Both the position numbers and the translations under genes were made by a program. This document shows, in pieces, positions 20,683 through 29,456 of a stretch of 35,570 bases of DNA. The DNA comes from a bacterium (GTDB taxonomy: Bacteria; RBG-13-61-14; DATKZS01). The notes under the pieces were generated by a model. The model had not been told where the DNA came from, ran no database searches, and saw only the letters and a list, made by a program, of their open reading frames with translations. How positions within the stretch are numbered: the first letter of the stretch is position 1; the number at the start of each line of letters is the position of its first letter. The stretch spans positions 1 through 35,570 of the forward strand of contig JAWOBU010000135.1 of assembly GCA_046484135.1 (NCBI GenBank), read 5' to 3'.

Positions 20683-22986
20683 TCACTCTCCGATCAAGCT
20701 CTTGACCGTGTCGAGAAGCACGTTCTGATCGAATGAGCCCTTGACGATGTATGCCTGCGCTCCCACGCTTATTCCTTTTCTCTTGTCCTCGTCCGAGGCC
20801 CGGGAGGTGCAGATGACCACGGGGGTCTCGCTCGTCCGCTCGTTCTCGCGAAGTCTCTCGGTGAGCTCGAATCCGTCCAGTCCGGGCATGTCCACATCCA
20901 GGACAAACAGGTCGAAAGGCCCGGCGTCTTCCATTCTGGCCAAAGCCTCGGTCCCGTCCACCGCGGTGGTGACCTCGTAGCCCGCCCGGTCCAGGATGTT
21001 CTTCTCGATGGTCCGGGTGGTGATGGAGTCGTCCACTACCAGAATGCGGGGAATGTGCCTCTCTTTCTCCCGCGAGACCACCTTCTGCTTTATGCCGCCG
21101 CGCTCCTCCATGCGCAGGGCCTCGGCGAAGATGTCGAACACGCTCAAGATAAGGGCGGGCTCGCCTTTTCTCAAGATGGTTGCGCCCGATACCAGCGAGG
21201 CCTTTTGCAACCTGGACCCCAGGCTCTTGACCAGTATGTCCTGCTCCCGCAGTACCTGGTCCACCTCGAGCGCCAGGTGCTGGTTTCGGAACTTCAGCAC
21301 CACCACGTTCAAAAAGTCCTCTTCCGACGCCGGCTCTTTCTCGCTTCCCGCCAGAGGAGAAAGACCCAAGAGGTCCCCCAGCCGCACCAGCGTCAAAAGA
21401 CGGCCCCGCACCGTCAGGGCCTCCTTGCCCCGATTGGTCTCCAGCTCCTTGACCCGCACCCGGACGACCTCCTCGACAGCGGTCAGGGGAATGGCGTAAG
21501 GCTCTCCACCCTGCATCACCAACAGGGCCGAGATGATGGATATGGTGAGGGGAAGCCGCAGGGTTATCCGCGTCCCCGCGTCGGGAGCGGAGCTGATGTC
21601 GAGATCGCCGCGTAGCTCCTCCACGTTGTTCTTTACCACGTCCAGGCCCACCCCGCGGCCGGACAGGTCGGTGATGATCTCGCTGGTGGAGAAGCCGGGC
21701 CGCATGGTAAGGTAAAACACCTCCTCGTCCGTCATGTCCGCGGCGGTCCGCTCGTCCACGAGCCCGCGGGACACGGAGGCCTTCCTGATGCGGTCGGCGT
21801 TCATGCCGGCGCCGTCGTCCTCTATCTCGATCACCACGGAAGGTCCGTGATGATAGGCCTGTACGGATATCTTCCCCCGGCGGGGCTTTCCCTTTTTCTC
21901 TCGTTCGTCGGGCCGCTCCACTCCGTGGTCGCAGGAGTTCCTGATGATGTGAACGAGCGGGCCGCGTAATTTCTCGAGCAGTCTTTTGTCTATCTCGGTC
22001 TCTTCGCCGCTTACTTCGAGGGATATCTCCTTTTCCAGGTCGCGGGCCAGGTCCCGGACCAGCCTGGGGAACTCGTCGAACATCGTTCCCGCCGGTGTCA
22101 TCCGTAGTTGAAGGGCCCCGTTCTGCATGTCCTGGAGGTTCAAATCCAGCTCGACAATGTCCTCCCCGAACTCCTGGAGGAAGTCGTGGTAGCGGTTCCG
22201 GACTTCCTGGAGCTTTGCCTTGAACCGGGTCTTGTTGCCGTTCTCCACCATGCCGTCGAACCCCTGGATGAGCTCGGTCATGGTGTCCAGGAGGTTCTGG
22301 GATGAGTAGACCTTTCCTTCCAGCTTGAGCTTGCTGATAAGGAGCTCGCCGGAGAGGTCTATGAGGTTGTCGAGCTTCGAGGCCTCGACGCGGAGGGTGT
22401 CGGACTTGGACCACTGACGTCCGGTATCGGGAGCGGAGGTGTTCGTAGAAGGCGCGGCTTGTGTGTCTGTAGCGACTCCCGCTTTCCCCGCCTCCAGCCG
22501 GGAGGGTGGCTCCTGCGGGCTCTCTTCCCGGGGAGGTTCTTCTTGTTCGGCCTTTCCTTTCTCCTCTTCGGAGACCGCCTCGGCCTCGGCGCCTTCTTCG
22601 GCTTCCTCCCCTGCGCCCATGATCTCGGAAAGCCGATTGATAACGGCGTGTGCGTCCACTTCTTCTTCGGAAAGGATGCGGTTTATGGAGTCCGCACCCT
22701 CGAGCAGGCGGTCCACCACGTGGGAGGCGGGCTCGAGGGCCTTGCTGTCAATCTCTTTGAGCACGTCCTCCATCTTGTGGGCGATGGCCCCGATGGTCTC
22801 GAGCCCCAGCATCCGGGCCGAGCCCTTCAGGGTATGGGCCGCCCGGAAGATGCCGTGAATCTGCTCCTCATGGGCCTTGCCCTCTTCCAGGTCCACCAGC
22901 CCGAGGTTGATAACCGAAAGATGTTCCTCAGCCTCGCCGCGGAAAATGCGAAGATACTTCTTCTTCCTGTCGTCGTCTTTCGTCAT
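20683..22986 (-). CDS. cheA: Hybrid chemotaxis histidine kinase CheA with C-terminal REC domain
   Basis: Hpt FRAAHTLKGSA, TLRVEASKLDNL, HIIRNSCDHGVE, EDDGAG, PGFST, SGRGVGLDVV, CheW-like domain, REC (VVDDS...LDVDMP). Confidence 0.96.
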   Translation of the reverse strand: MTKDDDRKKKYLRIFRGEAEEHLSVINLGLVDLEEGKAHEEQIHGIFRAAHTLKGSARMLGLETIGAIAHKMEDVLKEIDSKALEPASHVVDRLLEGADSINRILSEEEVDAHAVINRLSEIMGAGEEAEEGAEAEAVSEEEKGKAEQEEPPREESPQEPPSRLEAGKAGVATDTQAAPSTNTSAPDTGRQWSKSDTLRVEASKLDNLIDLSGELLISKLKLEGKVYSSQNLLDTMTELIQGFDGMVENGNKTRFKAKLQEVRNRYHDFLQEFGEDIVELDLNLQDMQNGALQLRMTPAGTMFDEFPRLVRDLARDLEKEISLEVSGEETEIDKRLLEKLRGPLVHIIRNSCDHGVERPDEREKKGKPRRGKISVQAYHHGPSVVIEIEDDGAGMNADRIRKASVSRGLVDERTAADMTDEEVFYLTMRPGFSTSEIITDLSGRGVGLDVVKNNVEELRGDLDISSAPDAGTRITLRLPLTISIISALLVMQGGEPYAIPLTAVEEVVRVRVKELETNRGKEALTVRGRLLTLVRLGDLLGLSPLAGSEKEPASEEDFLNVVVLKFRNQHLALEVDQVLREQDILVKSLGSRLQKASLVSGATILRKGEPALILSVFDIFAEALRMEERGGIKQKVVSREKERHIPRILVVDDSITTRTIEKNILDRAGYEVTTAVDGTEALARMEDAGPFDLFVLDVDMPGLDGFELTERLRENERTSETPVVICTSRASDEDKRKGISVGAQAYIVKGSFDQNVLLDTVKSLIGE

Positions 22987-23014
22987 GGCTTGCCCCGGAC
23001 CCGCGGTCCTTATC

Positions 23015-23953
23015 TTACGCGGCCTCCACGAAACCCTTCCGGATGAAATAGACCAGCATCCGGTAAATCTCGTAGTCCGTCCACGGCAGAGCGTTCATCA
23101 CCGAGGACGCGTCTTCTTCCGTTTCCAGCACCCGAAAGAGCTCGGCCTCCCTGGGGCTCTGTTCGCTTTCCGCAGGTTTCTCCACCACCTTTAATATCCT
23201 TCCCGACAGGGGGAACTCTCCTTCCAGATTCTTTTTCTCGTCGAGCTGTCTCATGCCTTCCATCAATGCCTCTTCCACCGACCCGGGCAGGTCCGGGTCC
23301 GGCGTAGTCTCCATGAGAGGCGCCACCTCGAACTGGGCGTCGTTCCATTCCAGGAGCCGGTACAAAGCCTTGGCCCCTCTCATCTGCCCGAGCTCGGCGC
23401 TTACCAGCTTCCCGTCCTGGAGCGCGATCCTTCCCGGCAGGTGCCCGACCTTGCTTATCCGGAGCATCCCCGTCTTCTGGTTCAGGCCGAACATCTGGAG
23501 GAGATCGGGCAGGGCCATCTCGCTGGTCGAGCCGGCCAGGGTCTGGGAGCTGCGGGTGAGCGCGGCTTCCTGGGTCTTGCGCATCCTCTGCAGGATGAGC
23601 TGGACCCGGGTTAGAAGCTCGTCCATGTCAAAGGGCTTGGTCAGGTAATCGTCCGCCCCCATCTGCAGGCCCTTGATGCGGTCGGGGGCCTCGGTCTTCT
23701 CGGTAAGAAAGATAAAAGGAATGAAGCTGGTAAAGGGGTTCGAGCGTATCTGGCTGCAAAGCTCCCAGCCGTCCATTCCCGGCATCTTGACGTCGGCGAT
23801 GATAATGTCCGGGTGCTCCTCCAGGGCGATCTTCAAGGCCTCCGACCCGTCGCCCGCGGTCAGGGTCTTGTAGCCTTCGGCCTCGAAAGCGTCTTTTATC
23901 ATCTCCGTGATGGTGGGAGAGTCGTCCACGGCAAGTATGGAAAGCTTCAGCAT
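23015..23953 (-). CDS. Response regulator with REC and DUF4388 (PATAN-like) domains
   Basis: REC (AVDDS, DVKMP, GADDYLTKPF) followed by LAGSTSEMALPDLLQMF...KTGMLRI...G.I...DG.LV.A...ALYRLLEW..AQF. Confidence 0.85.
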   Translation of the reverse strand: MLKLSILAVDDSPTITEMIKDAFEAEGYKTLTAGDGSEALKIALEEHPDIIIADVKMPGMDGWELCSQIRSNPFTSFIPFIFLTEKTEAPDRIKGLQMGADDYLTKPFDMDELLTRVQLILQRMRKTQEAALTRSSQTLAGSTSEMALPDLLQMFGLNQKTGMLRISKVGHLPGRIALQDGKLVSAELGQMRGAKALYRLLEWNDAQFEVAPLMETTPDPDLPGSVEEALMEGMRQLDEKKNLEGEFPLSGRILKVVEKPAESEQSPREAELFRVLETEEDASSVMNALPWTDYEIYRMLVYFIRKGFVEAA

Positions 23954-23963
23954 CCGGGCCTCC

Positions 23964-24542
23964 TTATTCTCCGAACGAAAGCTCCGGTCCCATGATGATC
24001 TTCTCCATGTCCAGGTAGATCGTCCACCCCTCGTCGCCGGCAGGAGAAATCTGGCCTTTTATGTAATCCGCCTTTACGGAGCTGGAGACGGTCTCCGGCT
24101 CCTGGATGCGCTCGGCCTCGATCCACTCGATTCCGATGATGCGGTCCACCAGGAAGGCCACCTTGGAACCGCCGCACTCGACCATCACCAGCCGCGACTT
24201 CTCGCCCCCGCCGCAGGGACCCATGGCGAAAAGCTCGCCCATGTCCACCACCGGGATGATCTCGCCCCGCAGGTTAATCACTCCCAGGACGTAAGTCGGC
24301 ATCCGCGGCACCCGCGTGTACCTGCCCGCCTTGCTTATGCTCCGGCACAAGGGAGCGTCAACAGCAAAGCTTTCGCCCGACACCTCGCACACCAGCATCT
24401 GGACGCTCTCTTTCTCCACCTCGTCTTCCGCCTCGGAAAGACCGCGCCAGTACTCCTCCCGCATCTCCTCGATGAGCTTCTCCGGGTCGAGCTCCTGCCG
24501 GCCGTGCCGGTTATCGTCGCCTTCGCTCTCCATGCTTTTCAC
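23964..24542 (-). CDS. cheW: Chemotaxis adaptor protein CheW
   Basis: TRVPRMPTYVLGVINLRGEIIPVVDM, VAFLVDRIIG; acidic helical N-terminal extension. Alternative start ATG 24533. Confidence 0.92.
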   Translation of the reverse strand: MKSMESEGDDNRHGRQELDPEKLIEEMREEYWRGLSEAEDEVEKESVQMLVCEVSGESFAVDAPLCRSISKAGRYTRVPRMPTYVLGVINLRGEIIPVVDMGELFAMGPCGGGEKSRLVMVECGGSKVAFLVDRIIGIEWIEAERIQEPETVSSSVKADYIKGQISPAGDEGWTIYLDMEKIIMGPELSFGE

Positions 24543-24627
24543 GCCCCTTTATAAACATATTCTTGCGGAGCCTTGTAAAGACCTATCATATTTCATATCG
24601 TCGGAAGAAAAAAGGGCCAATGCCCGT

Positions 24628-26310
24628 TTATCCGCCGGGGGAGAGCCGGTCGGCTCCGCTGCCGGCGCCGACGGAGCTGTCCTCCAACTGCATCCGGCAA
24701 AAGGATATGACCGCTTCCCGGGAGAGCCCTCCCGAGAAGTTCAAAGAGAAGTTGTCCGGGTCGCGCTCCAGTATGGAGACCGTGTTTGAAAACTCGCGGG
24801 CCGCGTCTTTCTCCCTTCCCAGCTTCAAGTACAGGTGGGCGAGGTTAAAGTGGGCCATGGCAAAATCCGGGTCCAGGAGAATGGCCCTTTGATAGTCCTT
24901 AATGGCGTCCTCGGGGGGACCGCTTCTCTCCTCCAGAAGCGCCAGCAGAAAGTAGGTCCCCGGCATCAGGTCGTCCAGGTTCCATGCCTTCCGGGCCAAC
25001 TCGCGGGCCATGTCCTCCTCGCCCCGGTTGGCGCAGATAAAGCCCATGCCCAGATGGGCCCTCGCCGAGGACGGGTTGTGCTCCAGCATTCTTTCGAAGC
25101 GCTCGCCCGCTTCCTCGAAGTTCTCCTGACAAAAATGCCCGAGCGCCTCCTTCCACAGCTCGTCTTCCATCCGCTCCGGCTCCTGCCCGGCGGGAGGCGC
25201 CGGGGGAAGGCCCTTGTCCTCTTCGCTTGTGGCAGGCCGGTCTTTTGCTTTCCGCTCCCGGCCCTCCCGGGGGTAAAAGGCCGCCGTCTCCTGCAGAGGT
25301 TCGCGGCCCGGTTCCTGCCGGTCGGCTACGGCATTGCTTCTGGCGGAAGCCCGCGGGTGGGGAGTGCTTCCCAGGGCCTTGAGAAGCTCATTTCTCTCCA
25401 GGGGGCCTGCGTGCTCGGGAATCCTTTTTTCCCGGACCGCTGGCCGGGAGGTCTTCTGGTACAGGAAAGCCTCCGGGGTATGTACGGGCTGGAAGGAGTC
25501 GTTTATCTTGAACAGCGACTCCGAATACCCGAGCATCAGGTAGCCCTGCTTTTCTATCCGGTTGTAAAAGTCTTTGATCACCTTTTGGATGACCTCGGTG
25601 GTGAAGTAGATAAGCACGTTCCGGCACAGCAGTACCTGGGCCTCCCTGTTGTCCGTCAGCCGGGCCATGTCGTCGGCAATGATGTTGTGGTGGAACCAGC
25701 TCACGTCGTTTTTCAGAAAGTCTTTTACCTGCCAGCGATTGCCTCCGATGCGGTGGAAGTACCTCTGCCGGGTGGCCGGGTCCACCAGCCGGAGCTTCCG
25801 CTCCGGGTAGACCCCCTCTCGGGCGACCTCCAGAAAATCCCGGTTTATGTCACAGGCCCGGATGTCCACCTTCCAGGAGTCGAAGTCAGAAAGCAGCTCC
25901 CGCAGAAGTATGGCCAGGGTATAAGGCTCCTCCCCGGTCGAGCAGCCGGCTGACAGGAAAAGCAGTTTCTTTTCATCGCTCTTCCTGTCCAGGAGCTCTG
26001 GCAGGATATACTTGCGCAGTGCCGCGAACTGGTCGGGAGTACGGAAAAACTGGGTCTCTCCCACCGTCAGCGAGATGACCAGGCGGTTTAGCTCCTCCTC
26101 CCCCTGGTCGGTGCCGGACAGAAAGGAGTAGTACTCCTCGAAAGAGGACACCCCCAACTCGATCATCCTGGTGGCGATAGAGCGCTCCAGCTCCCGGACC
26201 CTCCGTCCTTCGAAAAGAAGGCCGCTTCTTTCGATGAGGAGGGTCTGGAACCTCTCCACCTCCCGGGGAGACATCTTGAGATTGTGGATGTGACTTTTAT
26301 TGACAACCAA
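24628..26310 (-). CDS. cheR: CheR-type methyltransferase with C-terminal TPR domain
   Basis: LTVGETQFFR, SAGCSTGEEPYTLA, CRNVLIYF, LGYSESL, Pro/charged linker, TPRs (YQRAILLDPDFAMAHFNLA). Alternative start 26274. Confidence 0.93.
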   Translation of the reverse strand: MVVNKSHIHNLKMSPREVERFQTLLIERSGLLFEGRRVRELERSIATRMIELGVSSFEEYYSFLSGTDQGEEELNRLVISLTVGETQFFRTPDQFAALRKYILPELLDRKSDEKKLLFLSAGCSTGEEPYTLAILLRELLSDFDSWKVDIRACDINRDFLEVAREGVYPERKLRLVDPATRQRYFHRIGGNRWQVKDFLKNDVSWFHHNIIADDMARLTDNREAQVLLCRNVLIYFTTEVIQKVIKDFYNRIEKQGYLMLGYSESLFKINDSFQPVHTPEAFLYQKTSRPAVREKRIPEHAGPLERNELLKALGSTPHPRASARSNAVADRQEPGREPLQETAAFYPREGRERKAKDRPATSEEDKGLPPAPPAGQEPERMEDELWKEALGHFCQENFEEAGERFERMLEHNPSSARAHLGMGFICANRGEEDMARELARKAWNLDDLMPGTYFLLALLEERSGPPEDAIKDYQRAILLDPDFAMAHFNLAHLYLKLGREKDAAREFSNTVSILERDPDNFSLNFSGGLSREAVISFCRMQLEDSSVGAGSGADRLSPGG

Positions 26311-26395
26311 TTACTGAACCTTTGCGAAATCCGGCGGCACCGGCGCTGCCGCCTGCCCCCGGAGAGTAGTTCCGGACCGGAAAATCACGAGATTC

Positions 26396-26424
26396 ATTTT
26401 AACATCAAATCCTTTCAGTTGCAG
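26396..26424 (-). promoter_or_regulatory. Possible sigma70 promoter for the che operon
   Basis: Minus strand CTGCAA, 17 nt spacer, TGt-TAAAAT. Confidence 0.4.
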
Positions 26425-26465
26425 GCCGGTTTTTCCTGTCCTGCCTCCCCTGCCCGTTTTTTTTC

Positions 26466-26494
26466 TTGACAACCCGCTCAGGATTACCTATGAT
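26466..26494 (+). promoter_or_regulatory. Sigma70 promoter upstream of the 26594 gene
   Basis: TTGACA (26466-26471), 17 nt spacer, TATGAT (26489-26494). Confidence 0.7.
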
Positions 26495-26593
26495 AATTAG
26501 CAGTAAAGGAAAGAAACCAAGAGAGGCTTTTCAACCAAGGAAAGCCCGGTGTTCCGTCAGAGGGACTGGAGGCTTTAAAGGAGAAGATAGAAG

Positions 26594-27166
26594 ATGAAAA
26601 GGCGGGGTTTTTATATTGCGGTATCCGTGCTGGCCGTGCTTTTGTGTGCATCCGCTTACGGCGAGACCAGAAGCGAGCTTTGCGAGAGGGTGGACCAGAA
26701 ACCGGTGCTCAGCTTCCAGCAGGTAACGCAGGCGGAGTTGATCCATTACCTGGTGGTCATTGGCGGTTTGACTCCTCCTTCCCCGGAGGGCAAGAGCCCG
26801 GAGGAGCTCTACGAAGAAGAGGCCCAGCTATTGGTGGACGCCGGATATCCGCCCGCCCTGGCCGAGGTCGAGGCCGACCGGCTGGTTACCAGGCGCTACT
26901 TCGCTTCCCTGATGTATCAGGTAGCTATGCAGTCCGACCCGTCCTTTGCCGCCAAGCACAGCGGTCTGACCGAAGCGAACGAGAAAATGAACGCCCTGGT
27001 GGAAGAAGGATGGCTTTATTCCAAGACGGGCCGTATTTACCGGGAGGAGATACTTTCCGTTCTTTGCACCCAGCCCATCGAGCCTCCTGAAGAGGAACGC
27101 GCACTGGAAGTGGAACCGGTAATGATCATGGGCGCCGAGCTGGAATCCCCGGCGAGCCCCATCTGA
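26594..27166 (+). CDS. Secreted hypothetical protein, possibly with degenerate SLH-like helices
   Basis: RBS AAGGAG, Sec signal peptide (...ASAYG), own promoter and terminator; motifs VTQAELIHYLV, VTRRYFASLMY, IYREEILSVL. Confidence 0.75.
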   Translation: MKRRGFYIAVSVLAVLLCASAYGETRSELCERVDQKPVLSFQQVTQAELIHYLVVIGGLTPPSPEGKSPEELYEEEAQLLVDAGYPPALAEVEADRLVTRRYFASLMYQVAMQSDPSFAAKHSGLTEANEKMNALVEEGWLYSKTGRIYREEILSVLCTQPIEPPEEERALEVEPVMIMGAELESPASPI

Positions 27167-27194
27167 TCACTTCCGCTTGAAAGAGCTTTTTACC

Positions 27195-27230
27195 ACGCCC
27201 TTGAGCAGAGCCGCTCGAGGGCGTTTTTTT
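27195..27230 (+). terminator. Rho-independent terminator
   Basis: ACGCCCTTGAGC-AGAGCC-GCTCGAGGGCGT followed by a T run, just after the 27166 stop. Confidence 0.8.
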
Positions 27231-27254
27231 CGGGTCACTCCGCTCCAGGGACGC

Positions 27255-28028
27255 TCACTTGCGACCGGTCCCCAGCATGCGGTGGTTCATGAACCCCAGG
27301 TCTTCATCGCTCCGGTGAAAAGAGAAGTCGGTATGGACCCGGACCTCTCTGAACCCCGCCGCTTCCAGCAGCTCGGCCAGGTCAGCCGGGGTATAAACAC
27401 GGATGGAGTAAGTGCGGTCCCTTACCAATCCCCTTGATTTCCTGAGCACCATCTCGCGGGCGGTCATCCGGTTTGCCTGGAGCTCCCGCTGCCGGCACAC
27501 CACCACGTCGTCGCCGATCTCGTGCCAGGCGTTCGGCGAAAACCGCTCGCGCACCGCTTCGCCGTCGGAGACGTCCGCTAGCAGGGTCCCGCCGGGCCGG
27601 AGCACCCGCCAAGCTTCCTCGATAATCTCCAGGTCGGCGTTCGGCTCCGCCTGGTAGCCGAGCGAGTTGCCCATGATGATGACGTGGTCGAAAGATGAGT
27701 CACAAAGACCGGTTTGCCGTGCGTCCGCCCGGAGAGAATGCAGACACTGACTCGAGCCGTCCGCCAGGCTCAAGCCATACTGCAGAAGGCAACCCGAGTA
27801 ATCCACCACCGTGCATTCCAGGCCCCGCCCGGCAAGCTCGATGCTGTGCCTGCCGTGCCCCCCGCAAAGGTCCAGGAGCCGGTGGCCTTCTTTGAAGCCC
27901 GCCAGCGTTGCAATAAGGTCGGTCTCTTTGCGGCTCAGCTCCCGGTCGCACACCGACCGGGCGTCGGTCAAAAGATACACCTCGTCGAAAAGGGTCTTCC
28001 ACCAGTCCGGGTCCGCGGCAATGGTCAT
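27255..28028 (-). CDS. Class I SAM-dependent methyltransferase
   Basis: Motif I LLDLCGGHGRH, VVDYS, ADAR, FDHVIIMGNSLGY, RVLRPGG; ATG 28028 overlaps upstream stop (ATGA) with GGAGG RBS. Confidence 0.88.
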   Translation of the reverse strand: MTIAADPDWWKTLFDEVYLLTDARSVCDRELSRKETDLIATLAGFKEGHRLLDLCGGHGRHSIELAGRGLECTVVDYSGCLLQYGLSLADGSSQCLHSLRADARQTGLCDSSFDHVIIMGNSLGYQAEPNADLEIIEEAWRVLRPGGTLLADVSDGEAVRERFSPNAWHEIGDDVVVCRQRELQANRMTAREMVLRKSRGLVRDRTYSIRVYTPADLAELLEAAGFREVRVHTDFSFHRSDEDLGFMNHRMLGTGRK

Positions 28029-29416
28029 GGCCCCTCCGGATGAGCCCCGAAGCTGAACAGGCCGTCGGAGGCGATGATGGCCCACGACCCCTTCCAGGGC
28101 TGGCTCCGGGCTATCTCGAGCTCCTCCGGGTCTATCTTTATCATGTGCTCCAGCTTGCCTTCCATCCACATCTTCTCCAGGGTCAGGCAATCGTCCCACA
28201 GCTTCAGGCAGTAGGACCGGAGGCTTTCCAACTGTCCCTCCGACACGATCCTCGGCCGGAGCGCTATCTTGATGGGACCCAGAAGATACGTAAACCGCTC
28301 CTCCACCGCACGGCGGTCCCGGGCCTCGACCACCTCCATCACCCTGTCGTAGTCCATCGTAAGCAGGCTTTGGTTGATCCGCTCCACCGCTTCCTTAACA
28401 TTGCCCCCCGCGGGCAAAACTCCCAGGGGCTGCACTCCGCCGCCGCTGCCCACGTTGGTGGGAACGCCGCCGAAGCGGCACAGAAAGCCGAACACCCGGC
28501 CGGGACCGAACAGGCACCGGAAGTCGGTCTGGAACCGGGAAAGCCGCATCTCCCCTTTCTCCGGGTCCACGTCCGCGTTGTCCTCCGCCCAGGTGTGAAG
28601 CGGAACACGCTCCTGAACAATGTAGTCGCCCGCGGAAAGAGCGGTGCTGATGCACTCGTCCGCGTCGCAATCAATCTCTCCCACCCGCACGCCTTTGCCG
28701 GAGTAGCCCCGCTCCGGCTTCAACACCAGCCTGTCCCAGTTGGCCCGTGTCCACTCCACCAGGTCTTTTATAAGCTCGCCCTGCGGGCCTTCCGTGCTGC
28801 GGTGATAAAACTGCCGGGTCCAGGGAGTGCGCGACACGGTCTCGGGATGGAAGCGGCCCCGGTAGGGACCAGTCAGGACCTCGAACATGCTCTTTACGTT
28901 GATGGGCTCGGTGCCGCGGGGGTTTATCACCCTGCCTTCCCGCACCGCCTGCAGAAGCGGCTCCAGGTTGTGCTTTCTGTGCAGGTCAAGCAGCACGTCG
29001 GTGTTGAAGTCCATGAAGATGACGGAGACCGGCTCTCCCCGGTAACACACTCTTCCGTTTTCGAGCTCGAGCCAGTGAGGAGCAAGGAGCGCCGAGCTCA
29101 GACCCTCGATCCTGCCAAGCCGGTCCACCAGGTTTTGGTTTTCGGTGACCTCTCGCAAGGTCTCCTCTTCCGCCACCAGGCAGATGAGACCCGGGTTGGA
29201 CCCTTCCCGCTTCCGGTGGGCTTCCACCAGCATGTCCGCGAACCCGGCCACCGGGTAAAGCAGCGGATGGTCGAAGTCAAGCTCGACACCCGTGTTTGAA
29301 ATCCGGTTCAGGCCCTGCCACACTTCTTTGCCGATCTCCTGGGTGGTGCGCTGGTAGTCCCAGCCGCCCGGACTGCCCAGGTTCCACTCCGAATGATACC
29401 CGTAAAAGTCGTCCAC
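28025..29416 (-). CDS. ATP-grasp-type amide ligase related to circularly permuted ATP-grasp/glutathionylspermidine synthase-like proteins
   Basis: VINP...NVKSMFEVL, TPWTR, LVLKPERGYSGKGVRVG, YIVQERVP, TNVGSGGG; AGGAG RBS before GTG 29416. Confidence 0.72.
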   Translation of the reverse strand: MDDFYGYHSEWNLGSPGGWDYQRTTQEIGKEVWQGLNRISNTGVELDFDHPLLYPVAGFADMLVEAHRKREGSNPGLICLVAEEETLREVTENQNLVDRLGRIEGLSSALLAPHWLELENGRVCYRGEPVSVIFMDFNTDVLLDLHRKHNLEPLLQAVREGRVINPRGTEPINVKSMFEVLTGPYRGRFHPETVSRTPWTRQFYHRSTEGPQGELIKDLVEWTRANWDRLVLKPERGYSGKGVRVGEIDCDADECISTALSAGDYIVQERVPLHTWAEDNADVDPEKGEMRLSRFQTDFRCLFGPGRVFGFLCRFGGVPTNVGSGGGVQPLGVLPAGGNVKEAVERINQSLLTMDYDRVMEVVEARDRRAVEERFTYLLGPIKIALRPRIVSEGQLESLRSYCLKLWDDCLTLEKMWMEGKLEHMIKIDPEELEIARSQPWKGSWAIIASDGLFSFGAHPEGP

Positions 29417-29456
29417 TATGGTCTCCTGTATGTGATCGAAATAAAAAGCCCGAAGC

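Noticed and set aside
20678..22414. 578-aa minus-strand ORF overlapping cheA
   Set aside because: Alternative frame, Arg/Gly/Pro-rich, no domain signal; the cheA frame carries all motifs.
26333..26353. Sigma54 -24/-12 site (GG-N10-GC) in the divergent intergenic region
   Set aside because: Lacks the TGGC/TTGC context; arises from a GC-rich palindrome.
26500..26590. c-di-GMP or other riboswitch in the leader of the secreted protein
   Set aside because: Only a short GGCTTT/AAAGCC stem; conserved aptamer features not found.
28040..29299. 419-aa plus-strand ORF
   Set aside because: Antisense shadow of the ATP-grasp gene; no motifs. Long shadow ORFs are expected in GC-rich DNA.
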